Source: Tubiluchus corallicola
Lineage: Eukaryota > Animalia > Priapulida
NCBI GenBank assembly: GCA_030141605.1
Contig: JAQGDQ010000200.1
Coordinates: forward strand, 1 to 64,000
Reading direction: 5' to 3'
DNA length: 64,000 nt
Position numbers and translations under genes: made by a program. Positions 1-12,689 of this stretch are shown piece after piece. The first letter of the stretch is position 1, and each line of letters begins with the position of its first letter. The notes under the pieces were generated by a model. That model was not told the origin of the DNA, searched no databases, and saw nothing but the letters and a program-made list of their open reading frames with translations.

Positions 1-594
1 AGAAAATACAAGAGAACATTCTCTGAACAACTCTACATCAAATAGACAGTGCTAACTTCCATATAACAGCAAAACACTCACAGAAATCTTTAATGTTAAC
101 TCCTTACATGTCTTTCATATGACCCTGTTTTATCTACAGTTGGTTTAAGGATTTACTTTGGGTTTGTACTATTATGCGGGATTAGGCATATTTTATTTCT
201 GTTATTTTAGCTGTGATTTAAGCAAATAGAATTTGCGTATCTGACGGCATTGCTTAATGATATCTGAACTTTGGCTTTTAACGTTGTTTTTGTGTTCATA
301 GCCGTACGCGAAGGTATACGTAGCAGTTTGTGTTATTGAAATTACACTGAAATTACTGAAAGTAAGTTTACATGAGAAAATAAGTTGTGTGTTAATAAAA
401 TTATGTGATATCTTGTGATGTTTTAGATGGTCTTTAAAACTTATTTTATAAAATCTGGCATGTGTTTAGCTAAAATATTCATAAAAACACCCAGACTCCT
501 TTGAGAAATACAGTTGAACTTTTCAGTGACGCTTAATTACGTGAAAATTATCAAATGAAATCATAATTACCAAACTTTTACTTTAACTTTAAAC

Positions 595-1022
595 TGGTGC
601 ATTCGCAAGTAACTCGCAAGTGCATTCAGACTAGAGAGCAAAACTTGCTGCAAGTTACTCTGTGACAGTAAGTGCGAGCTGACACTCACTTCACTGTTTA
701 TTGTCACACAAGTGTTGAGAGTAACTCCTTGAGGCTTTCACACTAGACAGTAACTCACAAACATGTTCAGACTAGAGGGCAAAACTTGCTGCGAGTTACT
801 CTCTGACAGTAAGTGCAAGCTGACACTCACTTCACTGTTCATTGTCACACAAGTGTTGAGAGTAACTCCCTGAAGCTTTCACACTAGACAGTGAATCAAC
901 TCACGTCAACCGGTGCCGAGTTTGCAATTTCTTACAGTAACTCGCAAAGCAGTTTACACTTGCAAGTTTGCTGTCAGAAAGAAATCTCGCGACAGAAAAC
1001 TCACTAGTCTGACCATGCCCTT
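595..1022 (+). mobile_element. PIF/Harbinger-like MITE with internal ~130-bp duplication
   Basis: Homologous to 36298-36692, which has TIRs GGCGCATTCAGACTAG / CTAGTCTAAACGCC; superfamily assignment is inferred. Confidence 0.65.
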
Positions 1023-1109
1023 ACTGTATATTAGCCTCACTTGTAAATAAGTACAAACATTACTACGTACAGAAACTGTGAATTAATGTATAATTATATT
1101 ACAATTAAT

Positions 1110-1482
1110 ATAAAAACTTGTGAACATCTACTTTTCGACTGCCCTTTCGTAGACACACAAAAGCGTATGTTTTTTAAAAATAACATTAACACCACTAATA
1201 TTGCTGTGTTAATTCAAAAGCAAGATGATAGCAGCACTTTGAGCTCATTTGTTGAAGTAATTATGGATGACTTCATTAGACAGCAAATGTCAGGAGTATT
1301 ATGATACGTGTTACTAAACTAGCTGTTGTACTATTGCTATCTTTGTAATTTTAATTAGTAAATTATACTGTGTTTAGAGTTTTATTTTATTATTTTATTA
1401 GAAAATTTGTAAAATTTATACTTATACTAATGTTGTACCTGCAAATAGAGGTTTTTATTAATAAAGATTTTAAATAAATAAG
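1110..1482 (+). mobile_element. LINE 3' remnant with CCHC-type tail; related remnant at 33300-33530
   Basis: TCEHLLFDCP here and CTCLEDAQTVEHLLF at 33320 resemble the C-terminal zinc knuckle of non-LTR ORF2; (TAAA)n tail. Confidence 0.55.
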
Positions 1483-2003
1483 TAAATTACAATTAATATC
1501 ATAAAGACTCAAGAGGAAGCAAAGCATCCTGAGTGTTTTATGAAGGTATTATTAGTTTAAACAAAATTCATTTTTTGTTTGTGCTTTAATGAACATTGTA
1601 TATAGTATTCTCTGATATTTTGGCTAAAATATTATTATGTATTCATTGCTGAGAACATGTTTTCAATAAATTATTATTGTATTGCATTATTGCATTGTAT
1701 TCATTGATCGTATAAGGACACTTTAATTAATTAATCAATATTTCTAATGCATTCCACCTGATGATCAAATGCATCTTACAAATAAAAGATCATCAAAATT
1801 ACTAAAAAAATTATTTCATAAGTAACTTTCTTCTTTTTCTGAGGACTTTTCCATTGAAATTTTCTTTTGGGACTGGTATACTGGTATAGAACACAACGAT
1901 ATATTATATTATTTGTTATGACTATAAAAAAAATCAAAATTGATTTCTTTTTTCAGGGCAGACTGCGTTTTGTTTTTGAGCTACTGGACAAAATCTCTTA
2001 GCC

Positions 2004-2381
2004 ATGGGTAAGCAGTCGAGCAAACTACGTCCAGAGGTGCTAGCAGATTTGAGAGAACACACGGAATTTTCTGATTCAGAAATCCATGAATGGTACAAAG
2101 GTTTTCTCAAAGACTGCCCGAGTGGAAACCTCTCCGTCGAAGAGTTTAAAAAGATTTACGGGAATTTTTTCCCGTACGGCGACGCGTCAAAGTTTGCCGA
2201 ACACGTTTTCCGGACTTTTGATGCAAACAGTGACGGGACAATAGATTTCCGTGAATTCCTAACGGCGCTTAGTGTTACGTCACGGGGAAAATTAGATGAC
2301 AAATTGCGCTGGGCGTTCAGCATGTATGACTTGGATGGTAATGGATACATAAGTAAAAATGAAATGTTAGAAATTGTTACA
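2004..2381 (+). CDS. Nca: Neurocalcin/hippocalcin-like neuronal calcium sensor, coding exon 1 of 2 (gene 2004-5259, 192 aa)
   Basis: [14 protein letters not shown]-terminus with myristoylation Gly2; cryptic EF1 (KDCPSG); EF2 [12 protein letters not shown]; EF3 [12 protein letters not shown]. Upstream acceptor ttttttcag at 1956 implies a non-coding 5' exon further upstream. Donor ACA|gtaagt after 2381 (378 nt, phase 0). Confidence 0.96.
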
Positions 2382-2437
2382 GTAAGTACACTTTCCACTT
2401 GCTCAAGACAAAAATGAACATTTATTCAGAGAATAAT

Positions 2438-3063
2438 AAGTGTGCTTGCATAGCAAAATCGTCCATAAGTCGGCAGTTAAGTTTTTCTAGTTATTCACAT
2501 ATCCTGAATCTCCATTTCATGAGGATCATTTTGATACCAAGTTTATCGCTCTATGTTATTTCTAAGCTGAGATAATCCACGTTGAAGTTGAGGTGCAGGC
2601 TGCACACTGAAAAACATAACCTTGAGAAAATCAATGTTAAAGTCAGCCATTGTTTTTGTCGGGTCTCTACAAAACACTTAGCAACCGTACGAAAGTGTGG
2701 TTGCTATGGATCTTACAAGAGCAGATTAAAGTTACGTTTAAATACAGTAGATGCTCTTCCTGACAAAGATCTGGGCTTGTCAACAGGAAAAAAAACCCGA
2801 AGCAAAATGGCTGCTACGCTCTACAATCGAGTTTGAAAATACGCGTTTTTTTACAATTGCAATACTAGTTTTTAGACAGAAAAGTGGGCACGGGGTTAGA
2901 AAATTAGATTTTTAGTGTTTTTAGGCATTTTCCTGATAATTTGATGCTAGAATGTAAAAGTCGAATATATTTAGCATTTGTTTTCATAAAAAATAAAAAA
3001 ATAACATTTGACCAAATTTTTGGTGCCGACTTATGCATGGTTTTGGTTTGCAAGCAACACAAA
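2438..3063. mobile_element. TIR element / MITE in the neurocalcin intron
   Basis: About 40-bp imperfect TIRs: GTGTGCTTGCA...CATAAGTCGGCA versus TGCCGACTTATG...TGCAAGCAACAC. Confidence 0.65.
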
Positions 3064-3196
3064 TGGTTATTAAAACACGTAAAATACGAAACAAAGCAAG
3101 AATTAATTACCAGAGCTCATATACTTCTCACATGGGTAACAATCTGCACTTAAAGTATGACGTTTTCCTAAAAATTATTTGAGTAGCCTTGACCCT

Positions 3197-3390
3197 ACAG
3201 TCAAACCTTGTTATAACACCAACCCCCCAACCCCCCGTAATACCAAACTTGCCTAATGCCCAGATTTTTAGCAAAATAAAATGTCTATATTTGCATAGAC
3301 ATATATGTATCAATTATATTATCAGACTCTCTTATTGCCAAGTTTTTTTTGCGGTCCCAAAGTGGGCGGAATAAAGAGGTTTGATTGTAT
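3197..3390. mobile_element. TA-flanked Tc1/pogo-type MITE
   Basis: TA-CAGTCAAACCT...AGGTTTGATTG-TA; second copy at about 8015-8196; related end at 11357-11440. Confidence 0.75.
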
Positions 3391-3930
3391 TTTGGTCCTA
3401 GAAACTCTTCGTGTCGTCTGCTTTAGTTGGAATACTGTTTTATGGTAACAGCCTTCATGCTACGTCTTTGGGGAACCACCAGAAACGTCAGTATAAAATG
3501 TGTTATATTGGCAGAATGCTACATTGCTAGGCTTGTCACTTAGTCACCGAGTTCCTGTGATCCTCAGTAATTTTGCAACTTGTTTTGTAGTTCACAGTCA
3601 AACGTTTTATCAGGCGTCGAGTAATTATTGCTTGGAGTGTCAGACGACTTGTTTGGAGCGCATCGTATTAGACCACGAAGTCCACACGTTCGGAGCAAAT
3701 GTACAATGTGTGTCATTAAACTGTTCTGATCCATTAGTTAACAATATATAGTAATGATTGAATTTAGTGGAAGATAATTAAGTTGCCTACCCAGAAAAAA
3801 CATTTCAGGTTGTAAACCAACTTGATTTCACACGAAGTAACAGCAAAATACCAAAAATTGTGCAAAAGAATTTCTTTCACTTTGTTTCTTAATGCAGTAT
3901 GACAGATTTGAAACAAAAAATTCCACCCTC

Positions 3931-4546
3931 TAAAGAAGACAGGATGATTTTTCATACACTACCCCATTTTCAAGTCCGATAAAAAGTATACATTTTAACA
4001 CGATTAATATTGCAAAAGCGTTTCTGATAATTAAATAATATATTAAAACCTTAATTAATGGCGGGCGAGCCCAACTATTGATGGCGTCACAAAGTAGCGT
4101 AATTTTCAACAGCAAAATTATTCTACGGGCGTGTTGCACGTGTTTCCGAATGCGAAAATTGAAGTACAGTGCTACTGTAAGGTATTCAGTGTGTTGTAAT
4201 AATACTAGGTAAGTTTTAAGATAAAAATTCAAATTTACTGCTGTATTCACGCATGAGCTGTCGAACGTGTGCAGTTCGTCAGAAACTAACACATCTGAAC
4301 TGACAGGTACAGCCCCTATTTTTGTGCAGCGCATTTCCAAAATGCAGGCGCTAGTGCCCGTCTAACCAACGAATGGCAAAATACATGTAACAGGGAAGAA
4401 CTAGTGGCTCGAACGTGAAATTGTGTTTGTGTGGTAATAATTCTTTCGTGTAAGTCATTTCTGAAAGAATAGTATGTTTCCTTTCAATATTTTAAAGAGT
4501 AGATTGTTCTGACCACAGTTTAAGATTGGTTTCCGTTTTGCTTTAA
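3931..4546 (+). mobile_element. TTAA-flanked non-autonomous DNA transposon family A (Kolobok-like), about 620 bp
   Basis: Dispersed homologous copies at 12690-13327, 13694-14313, 41185-41490 (inverted, partial), 44945-45472 and 52282-52810; termini AGGAAGACAGG...GGTTTTGCT with TTAA. Confidence 0.8.
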
Positions 4547-5058
4547 TGTAGACTTATTTGCAAAAGCTTCCCACTTGCAGATTTTTCATATGAGTGCATC
4601 GCCTTACTACTTAAAATGTTTCCTTTGGTAGGCTAACTGACTTCTTAGACTTTTCACCTTAATTTAAATTTCATTATGATTGGCAATAATACACTAAACA
4701 CGGTTACAAAAAACATATTTTACATTTGCCCCAGACAAGTCGTCTGGCACTCAAAGGTTTTTAGTTTTTAGTTCATTGGGACATGTTAGTTTGTGAATTG
4801 CAATGCACGACTGCAATAATTTTTAGAAGGAATACACCGATCTTCAGAGAGACTGGCATCTGTGCAGTACGTTAAACAGTTCAGCACTACACCTCTTGTG
4901 ACATATTTTATCATAATCTTTCAGGTGACTACAGTTGATGGGCTGAATCATAGCTTTAAACTCAACTATGTAACTTACTAGCTACACGTTGCAAGCAATC
5001 TATTTTCTTGTTTTTCAAATTTTAATAATATCTCATACTGCATTAATGTTTCTTACAG

Positions 5059-5259
5059 GCCATCTATAAAATGGTAGGTTCTGTTATGAAGATGCCGGAA
5101 GATGAATCAACTCCAGAAAAACGGACAGACAAAATCTTCAGACAAATGGACAAGAATATGGACGGTCTCCTGTCCTTGGAGGAGTTCATCGATGGAGCAA
5201 AGAGCGATCCATCCATAGTTAGGTTGCTGCAATGCGATACCACATCTATACAAAGTTAA
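5059..5259 (+). CDS. Nca: Neurocalcin-like protein, coding exon 2 of 2
   Basis: Acceptor tttcttacag|GCC; [60 protein letters not shown], the typical neurocalcin C-terminus with EF4; stop TAA 5257-5259. Confidence 0.96.
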   Translation, partial: AIYKMVGSVMKMPEDESTPEKRTDKIFRQMDKNMDGLLSLEEFIDGAKSDPSIVRLLQCDTTSIQS

Positions 5260-5505
5260 ACTCGAATTTAAGTTGATTTATTGTTGGCGCACTCGTATAC
5301 CGTGCATTTTGGGGACACTGAATTTGATATTTTTGTTAAATTTATTCGAAGAATATGTATACCATTTGTTAAATACCTGGTAGAGACAGCAGTCTTAAGC
5401 TGATGTGGATAAATGTAAATGTGTTTAATCACAAGTGAGATTGAAAAATGCATTTAAGTGGTCAGAGGTTATTGTTCTCCTGTTTTGGGGAACTTAAGCT
5501 ATATG

Positions 5506-5891
5506 CAGGGCTGGATTACCCTATAAACTACAGCCTAGGGATCCTCAAGCTTGAGGGGTCCATACTTTGCATTGTTGAATTCATTTAATGTAAGTTAAAA
5601 TAAAATTTGAACTTTAAAAAAGAGACCAGGAAGTCTGAAAATCCAATTTTAAAGTTGCTCCTCATTTGATTAAGGATTCCTTTGAGACCCTTCATTTGGT
5701 ACAAAGGGCCCTTGTTTGAGGCCCTTTACTTGAGATTAAGGCCCCTCTTTGAAGCCCTTGTGAAACATGGGGCCCCCAGCTATGCAAATGTTGCTGAAAT
5801 ATATCACTGGTAATCAATATTCTAAACAAGTATGAGGAAATTGGAGAGTGGCTCCGTCTGACGGGCTCCAAAATATTAGAATCCGGCCCTG
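5506..5891. mobile_element. hAT-like MITE downstream of the neurocalcin stop
   Basis: TIRs CAGGGCTGGATT / AATCCGGCCCTG; locally GC-rich; similar hAT-type ends at about 17120-17169 and 61942-62404. Confidence 0.65.
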
Positions 5892-6815
5892 GCTACGCAG
5901 TGTAATTTATTATCAGTCACACCTACTGCAACTTTGTATCAATTTCAGGTTCATCGATAAATTTATTTTATTTCCTATAATTATGAAATTAGTGCTGATA
6001 TCATACTAAAAGATACATTTTAATTGTACATAATTATTCTTTGTTTGTTTTATGTTGCTTAGTAATAGTTTGTTTACTATTAAAATAACGTTCTAAGTGT
6101 TTTAATTTTACGTTCGTTTAATATTCACGATCAACTTGAATTAGAAATCATTTTAGCCACTGACTGTAGTTGACAATCATAAATTATGCAGAGATTTAGT
6201 TGCACAAATGTAATGCTAACAGTGCTCATCGTTTTGTGACTTGATCAGTAATAGTTTGAATTTAAGTATTTTTTCAAAATTTCATTTAACAGGGATTTGA
6301 CACAAAATGCCACCAGGTGGCCACATAGCAAGAAAAAGATATTTGTTGATGGTAAGCCATCTTATTTAAGGAAACCGAAATATTTTATGACCATGTTCTA
6401 ATAGTTATAAATCAGTCATATTCACGTGGAGGTATTGTTGTTTTAGCTAACTACCGACACGCTAATGTGATGTTCTTTAGCAGACGCCATAAGCTTTGTT
6501 CTAATCGCTCGTCAAAGACTACACTACAGCCATCTATTGGCAACAGTCGTACTTTATTGTTACAGTATGATTAATTCCTGAACGGAAACAATTTATTGTA
6601 TGAAATTTAGACGTGTTATTGTAAACATAGAGTAACGTTTATTCTGTACTTAGAACAGGTTGTGAAAACATTTTTATATGATGATAATTCACTATGCTAC
6701 TGTCCATTTTGTATGTTAGCACTAGTACCATCTCATTACTTGAAGTTTTTATTCTAGAATCATCGTAAATACCAAAGATTTTCTGACCTCGGGTCACTAG
6801 GGTCTGCAAGACACT

Positions 6816-7376
6816 TTAAAGGAAAGAACAAGTCACTTGGCGTGTTGGGTTTATTTTACTGTTATCACTTAAAGTTGGAAAAATGTAACAAAGAAATTTG
6901 CAAAGAACTGCCTGTAAAGCACAAATTGAAAATGTACTGCATCTGAATAGAAATTTTCAGGCGTGGCGGTTGTCGCCATTTATTTGAAAATCATGACGCA
7001 GCTTTGAGACTTCGTAGCTTTTCGTAACTACGTCGTGGCTTTCCGTAATCGCGCGCTGATTAAACTTATTCAAGCTTCTACAGCTTGCTAAGGTTTACTC
7101 AAAAATATTACAAAATTAGCTATCTAATTTCTTGTAAAAACTTATACTTTTGATGAAAATTGACAGTGTGCTACTTTTCTTCAAGATGAATGACGTCATT
7201 GGAAGAAGAATGGGCGTTGAAAATGGAAACGTCCAAGCGTGAAGTGATCGCGACTTTAAAGTGATTTTACTAGTTACACGAGGCGCTTATTGCAGTTTTA
7301 TTACTAAATCCTTCTAACATTTTTCGGAAACATTTAAATAGGCCCAACTTTCCAGAAAGGTTGATCTTTCCTTTAA
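6816..7376 (+). mobile_element. TTAA-flanked non-autonomous transposon family B (Kolobok-like), about 560 bp
   Basis: TTAA-AGGAAAGA...TCTTTCCT-TTAA short TIR and target-site duplication; inverted copies at 47995-48554, 58333-58849, 63501-63869 and an internally deleted one at 16517-16712. Confidence 0.85.
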
Positions 7377-8183
7377 GTGAGCAAGTCAAAGTAATACTGA
7401 GTGGTCAAAAATATTCTAGCAGATCTTTTGCTGTACTTTTGTGCCCTGGTTCATTAATCTCTGTTAGTCAATTATCATTCATAGATGATTTTTTTTAAAT
7501 AATTCACTGGAAACCAATGCACGGCACTCATTGACAGGACCTGCTACTGGCATTAATTGATTGTGGCAGGAACAGAACCTAGCTCATTCTTGAAGGTAAT
7601 CATCCAAGATAAAACACTAAAGTGATAGCTATGTTAGGATGTGTATACATTTTCGCTGAACAAGACACAAAGCCAGAGATGGCATGGTACACGAATCTGT
7701 TTAGAAGTTATTTTACTGAAAATGACCTAACTGTTTATTAACCAGGCCCACTGTTGCTTAACTGTCGTAGTCACAAGCATAAAAGGCGTTTTTGTCACCT
7801 GATCCATACTTGGGCAGATATATTCTGTTTTCAGCGGTCTTTCAGCGGTTTCAGACGTTAACGGTTTCAGTGCATTCTGTTTACGTTTTTTTCTGAAGCA
7901 CCCTGTATGTCACATTGTTTATTACACCAACATGTAGTACGTTAACTGCGCCAAAAGTGAGGGCATCATGTTAATGCAGTTGCTGTTATCAGCACCGATT
8001 TAGTCCCATAAATATAGTCAATCCTCTCCCATAATGCCAACATCGCTCAACGCCCAAATATTTGGCAAAACAATGTCTTTTTTTACTATTTACCTGGACA
8101 TGTATGTGTTAATTCACCTCGTTATAATGCTAAGCTCGCTGCAACGTCAACTTTTTTGCAGTCCCAAAGTAGGTGGTATAAAG

Positions 8184-9083
8184 AGATTTGACTGTATTAA
8201 GAACTTTGTACATTGTACAGTAGCATATGTCACAGGTTTGACTGTATTAAGAACTTCGTACATTGTACAGTAGCATATGTCACAGGTTTGACTGTATTAA
8301 GAACTTCGTACATTGTACAGTAGCATATGTCACAGGTTTGACTGTATTAAGAACTTCGTACATTGTACAGTAGCATATGTCACAGGTTTGACTGTATTAA
8401 GAACTTCGTACATTGTACAGTAGAATATGTCACAGGTTTGACTGTATTAAAAACTTCGTATATTGTACCGTAGCATATGTCACAGGTTTGACTGTATTAA
8501 GAACTTCGTACATTGTACAGTAGCATATGTCACAGGTTTGACTGTATTAAGAACTTCGTACATTGTACAGTAGCATATGTCACAGGTTTGACTGTATTAA
8601 GAACTTCGTGCATTGTACAGTAGCATATGTCACCGGTTTGACTGTGTTAAGAACTTCGTACATTGTACAGTAGCACATGTCGCAGGTCTGACTGTATTAA
8701 GAACTTCGTACATTGTACAGTAGCATATGTCACAGGTTTGACTGTATTAAGAACTTCGTACATTGTACAGTAGCATATGTCGCAGGTCTGACTGTATTAA
8801 GAACTTCGACATTGTACAATAGCATATGTCACAAGTTTGACTGTATTAAGAACCTCGTACATAGTACAGTAGCATATGTCACAGGTTTGACTGTATTAAG
8901 AACTTCGTGCATTGTACAGTAGCATATGTCACAGGTTTGACTGTATTAAGAACTTCGTACATTGTACAGTAGCATATGTCACAGGTTTGACTGTATTAAG
9001 AACTTCGTACATTGCACAGTAGCATATGTCACAGGTTTGACTGTGTTCAGAACTTCGTACATTGTACAGTAGCATATGTCGCA
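8184..9083 (+). repeat. 50-bp minisatellite, about 18 copies
   Basis: Unit TAGCATATGTCACAGGTTTGACTGTATTAAGAACTTCGTACATTGTACAG. Confidence 0.97.
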
Positions 9084-12000
9084 CGTCTTTATACACTGAT
9101 TCTGTCTCCTGTGTGTCAATTTTCTGACAATAGTTACTATAGTCAAAACTCTTCTTTCTGCTTTAATCACAGTGAAATAGTTTTGTCATTTCGAAGCGTA
9201 AAATGTTAGCAAAAATGTTCTTGTGAAATTATGCAGTTTCTATCGGATGTTTTCATGTACTGCATGTGTTAAATGTTCATGTTGCAGATTTTGCATAGTT
9301 TTTTCATCTTCACGTCAACTTAAGTTTTGAAATCCGAGAAGAGTTCAATTACTGAGATAATATCGATGATAGTCTGTTAAGTGGGGCATGGTAATTGCCC
9401 AGTGTCACATATCTGTTTGTCATGTCAGGCCTAATGCTTCATAATCTAACTTTGCATTCCATTTATAATGGTTTATTAATATCATTTCTTGATAAGTTGC
9501 CCAATAAGCCTTTCCCAGTTCTAGCGATTGATGATGATTGTGAAAAGGTCAAAGGTTAAGTGTACCTGACAACGCATTTGTGTACACTTGACAACGCCTC
9601 GTTGTCCATGCTATTGTAATAGTAACAGTTTTAACAACTTGCTAGAATCTTACACAGTTCCTGCTGCTAAGCAAGGTCCTGCTAGTAAATCACTCTATGC
9701 AGAGACTAATGCATTATTAAGTAAAGTTCACGCAAAACAACTGATAGTGGCAGGTGGCTTTGCTTTACCCGCACGTCACGTGACGGTTGTAGCTAAGACG
9801 CGTTGCTGTGGTACACTTAACCTTTGACCTACAGCAACTGCGCGTGCGCACAACGAAACTGTGAAAAGCCTATTGTAGTTGTAATTATTTGAACTTTAAC
9901 TAGTTTGGACTATTTTAATTGTATTGTAGAACAAACGCATTTTTAATGTTTAATTCAAATTTAGTGTTGTATACAGTACAATGATTGTAAAATAACATGG
10001 AAATAATTATTCTTAGTGTATTAATTAAGTATAAACCTATAGTGCAAGGGGAACTACAGAAAATTTCATTTAATTTTTTTTTTACTTTTTATTTCATATC
10101 AATGCATAGATATAAGATATTGTTTTATCATGCACGTAGTCGCAACTTATAATATTATATTCATTTCAATAAACTCCCCCTGCTGGTCAAACTTTGAGTT
10201 ATAATCAGAAGGCAATTTCTGCCCTAACTAAACTTTTATGAAGGTAGTAGTATAAAATTAGATATCTGTAAGATTTGCTTATAATAGAACGTTTACAACA
10301 GCAAATGTACCTGCAGCCATATTTACCACAGCCAGCTACAAGCGGGGAAACCTTTGTTACTTTCATGCTTATGTTTGGATTGGATAATTACTGTGACAAA
10401 GTGGTCTTAACTGTCTTTATATGAATTAACTCAGGAACGTTGTCAATTGTAATCATGCCTGTTCAAGAATATTGATGTGCTTGCGGAACCGTTTAATTTA
10501 ATTGAGTTTATTTATGATATTATAACGAATTCTTTCTCGTCAGCTGTGATGTGAAGTCTTGAACTGAATTGTGGGAAGTGGTTGCTGTTTTGTGGTTACT
10601 GACACTTGTGTCATATAATTATTATAATCGTGGTTATATTATTCTATGTTCTTGATTTAATGCATTCATATTCGTCATATCTCTCTTATTAGTTAATATT
10701 ATTATTCGTTTTCAATTCTTACAATTTTAATATACGTAGTTTGAGTTATCAGATTATTAATAGGTTTAGACTTGATCGATTGAGGTATTTTGCTAATGCT
10801 CATATGCTGTTGATGTATGCTGCCACCTGTTGGTGATATGTTAAAGCTTCGGTAAAAACTACAATTTTATCTAATGTAAATATTTTTTCATTCTAGTTGT
10901 AATTTCACTTGACGTAACATAGTCGTTGACTCTTTACTTTCTACAGAAGCCTGTTGGAAAGAAATTATGTGATTTTTTCCCCGAATTTGTTCACAGATTG
11001 TACTTTCATTTTGATTGCATTCCATTTTAAATTTTATTGTCTACACGATTGTTGTGTATTAAATGATTTTCTTTGTACTATAACTACGTGTTGTTTTTTT
11101 ACTTTATCATTACAGGCTTTTCCCGATCTCTTACCTGCTACTTTTTGTTTAACATTTTGGACAAAGCGATTTTCCCATTGACGATATAAAGCAATTTTTC
11201 ACATTATTTTAAAAAAAATTTGTTACGATTCATAACAAATTTCGAAAGAATGGTCAGAACGCTTTAAGAAAACGTGTGTATATGTTGGTTTAAAGAGATT
11301 TTTATGCTAAGAATTTTGGGTTTTTATACCCTAGGTATCATAAGGGTTTCAATAATACAGTCAACTTCGGATATAAGGGACACCTCGGGACCGGAAAAAA
11401 TCGTCCGTTACATCCGATGTCCCTTATAGCCGAAGTTGAGTCAGACCGATGGTATATTGCAAACGGTATGTAGGAAGCTCCTTCAGCGATGCGAGATGTA
11501 TGTGACCTGTTCTCGAGTCTGAGTTTGCGAAAAATTGAGGTTAAAACTCGACCAATTTTGCTTTGATCATAGGATGTAATTATTATTTATTGTAAGCTCT
11601 GATATAAAAAAGCTATTGTAGTTTTCAATATTTTAGAGCATTCTTTATTCTGAACTAATGTTTGCGCAATCATCCGGTTTTCCTTTAAGCTAGAATTTAC
11701 AGTTACTGCAGACAGCTGAGGGACATAGGTTACGTTCATATAGAGAATGGGTTTAAAGCATTTTTATCAAGACATAATCTACATGTCAAAGTTGCAACAT
11801 GACGTGGCCCTGTAGAGTAGAAGGGTCGATAGATGGGGCGAAAACTGCAGATTAGAGCTTTTTTGAAACTCATTTGTGCTAAATGTTTGAAAATAAAAGT
11901 TAAAGGAATTGAACTACTTCGTACATTAAGAAAATGGCTTATTAGGGTCATAGATAAACTTTCTTTTCTGATAACTGGGACTTGCCGTTGAACTACCGTT

Positions 12001-12689
12001 TGGTATTAAAATTATAACAGTGCCTAGTTCGTTTCTAGTAGTTGGAAAACTAATTCAGCATTTTGTTCATCCTTGTGTAATGATCCACCTAATTAGTAAT
12101 TAATACCGTACAGCAGCTTACCTTGCCCTTGAGTGACCATTGGCCTTAATTGTGTTTGAATTAGATGACGCAGTTTGACCCTGGTTCTACATTGCCCTGG
12201 GCATTTATGAAGAATGTAACAGCCATGGAAAGTGAAATATCTCAGCAAAGTTGCTGCATGACTGATTTAAGTTGCTCGTAGATGACGTCATGAAATATCG
12301 CCGTCGGAACAGCATTGCAGAAAATTAGAAAATTAAAACAAACAAAAAATCCTTCCAACGCGAGTACGATATGTGCATAAAATTGCTATAAAGTAACATA
12401 ATTTCTTAAGGCAATTATTTTGAAACCTGCTAAGGTGCCACTTTTCTTGTCCTTTAACTAGCGTTACTGAGATTACACAAACATTGTCATGTGTGGGTAG
12501 ATTATGTCTGAAACAGTTTTTTTACCGTTTGCTTCGTTTAGAGTTATTTTAAAAACCATTCGATTGTAACTACATCGTCAAACGATTATTGCTTTGTTAT
12601 TAAAAGATTTGCTACTTAATTTTTTGTAGAACTTGATTTTCAAATGTTTTATTTCTCACAAACTTATAACAGTTCTTTTGATAAAACCC

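Noticed and set aside
2382-2417. ORF-track extension of neurocalcin ([11 protein letters not shown])
   Set aside because: Read-through into the intron past a canonical GTAAGT donor.
8184-9083. CRISPR-like appearance of this and other regular arrays
   Set aside because: Units are contiguous and near-identical with no unique spacers; there are no cas genes and the context is eukaryotic.
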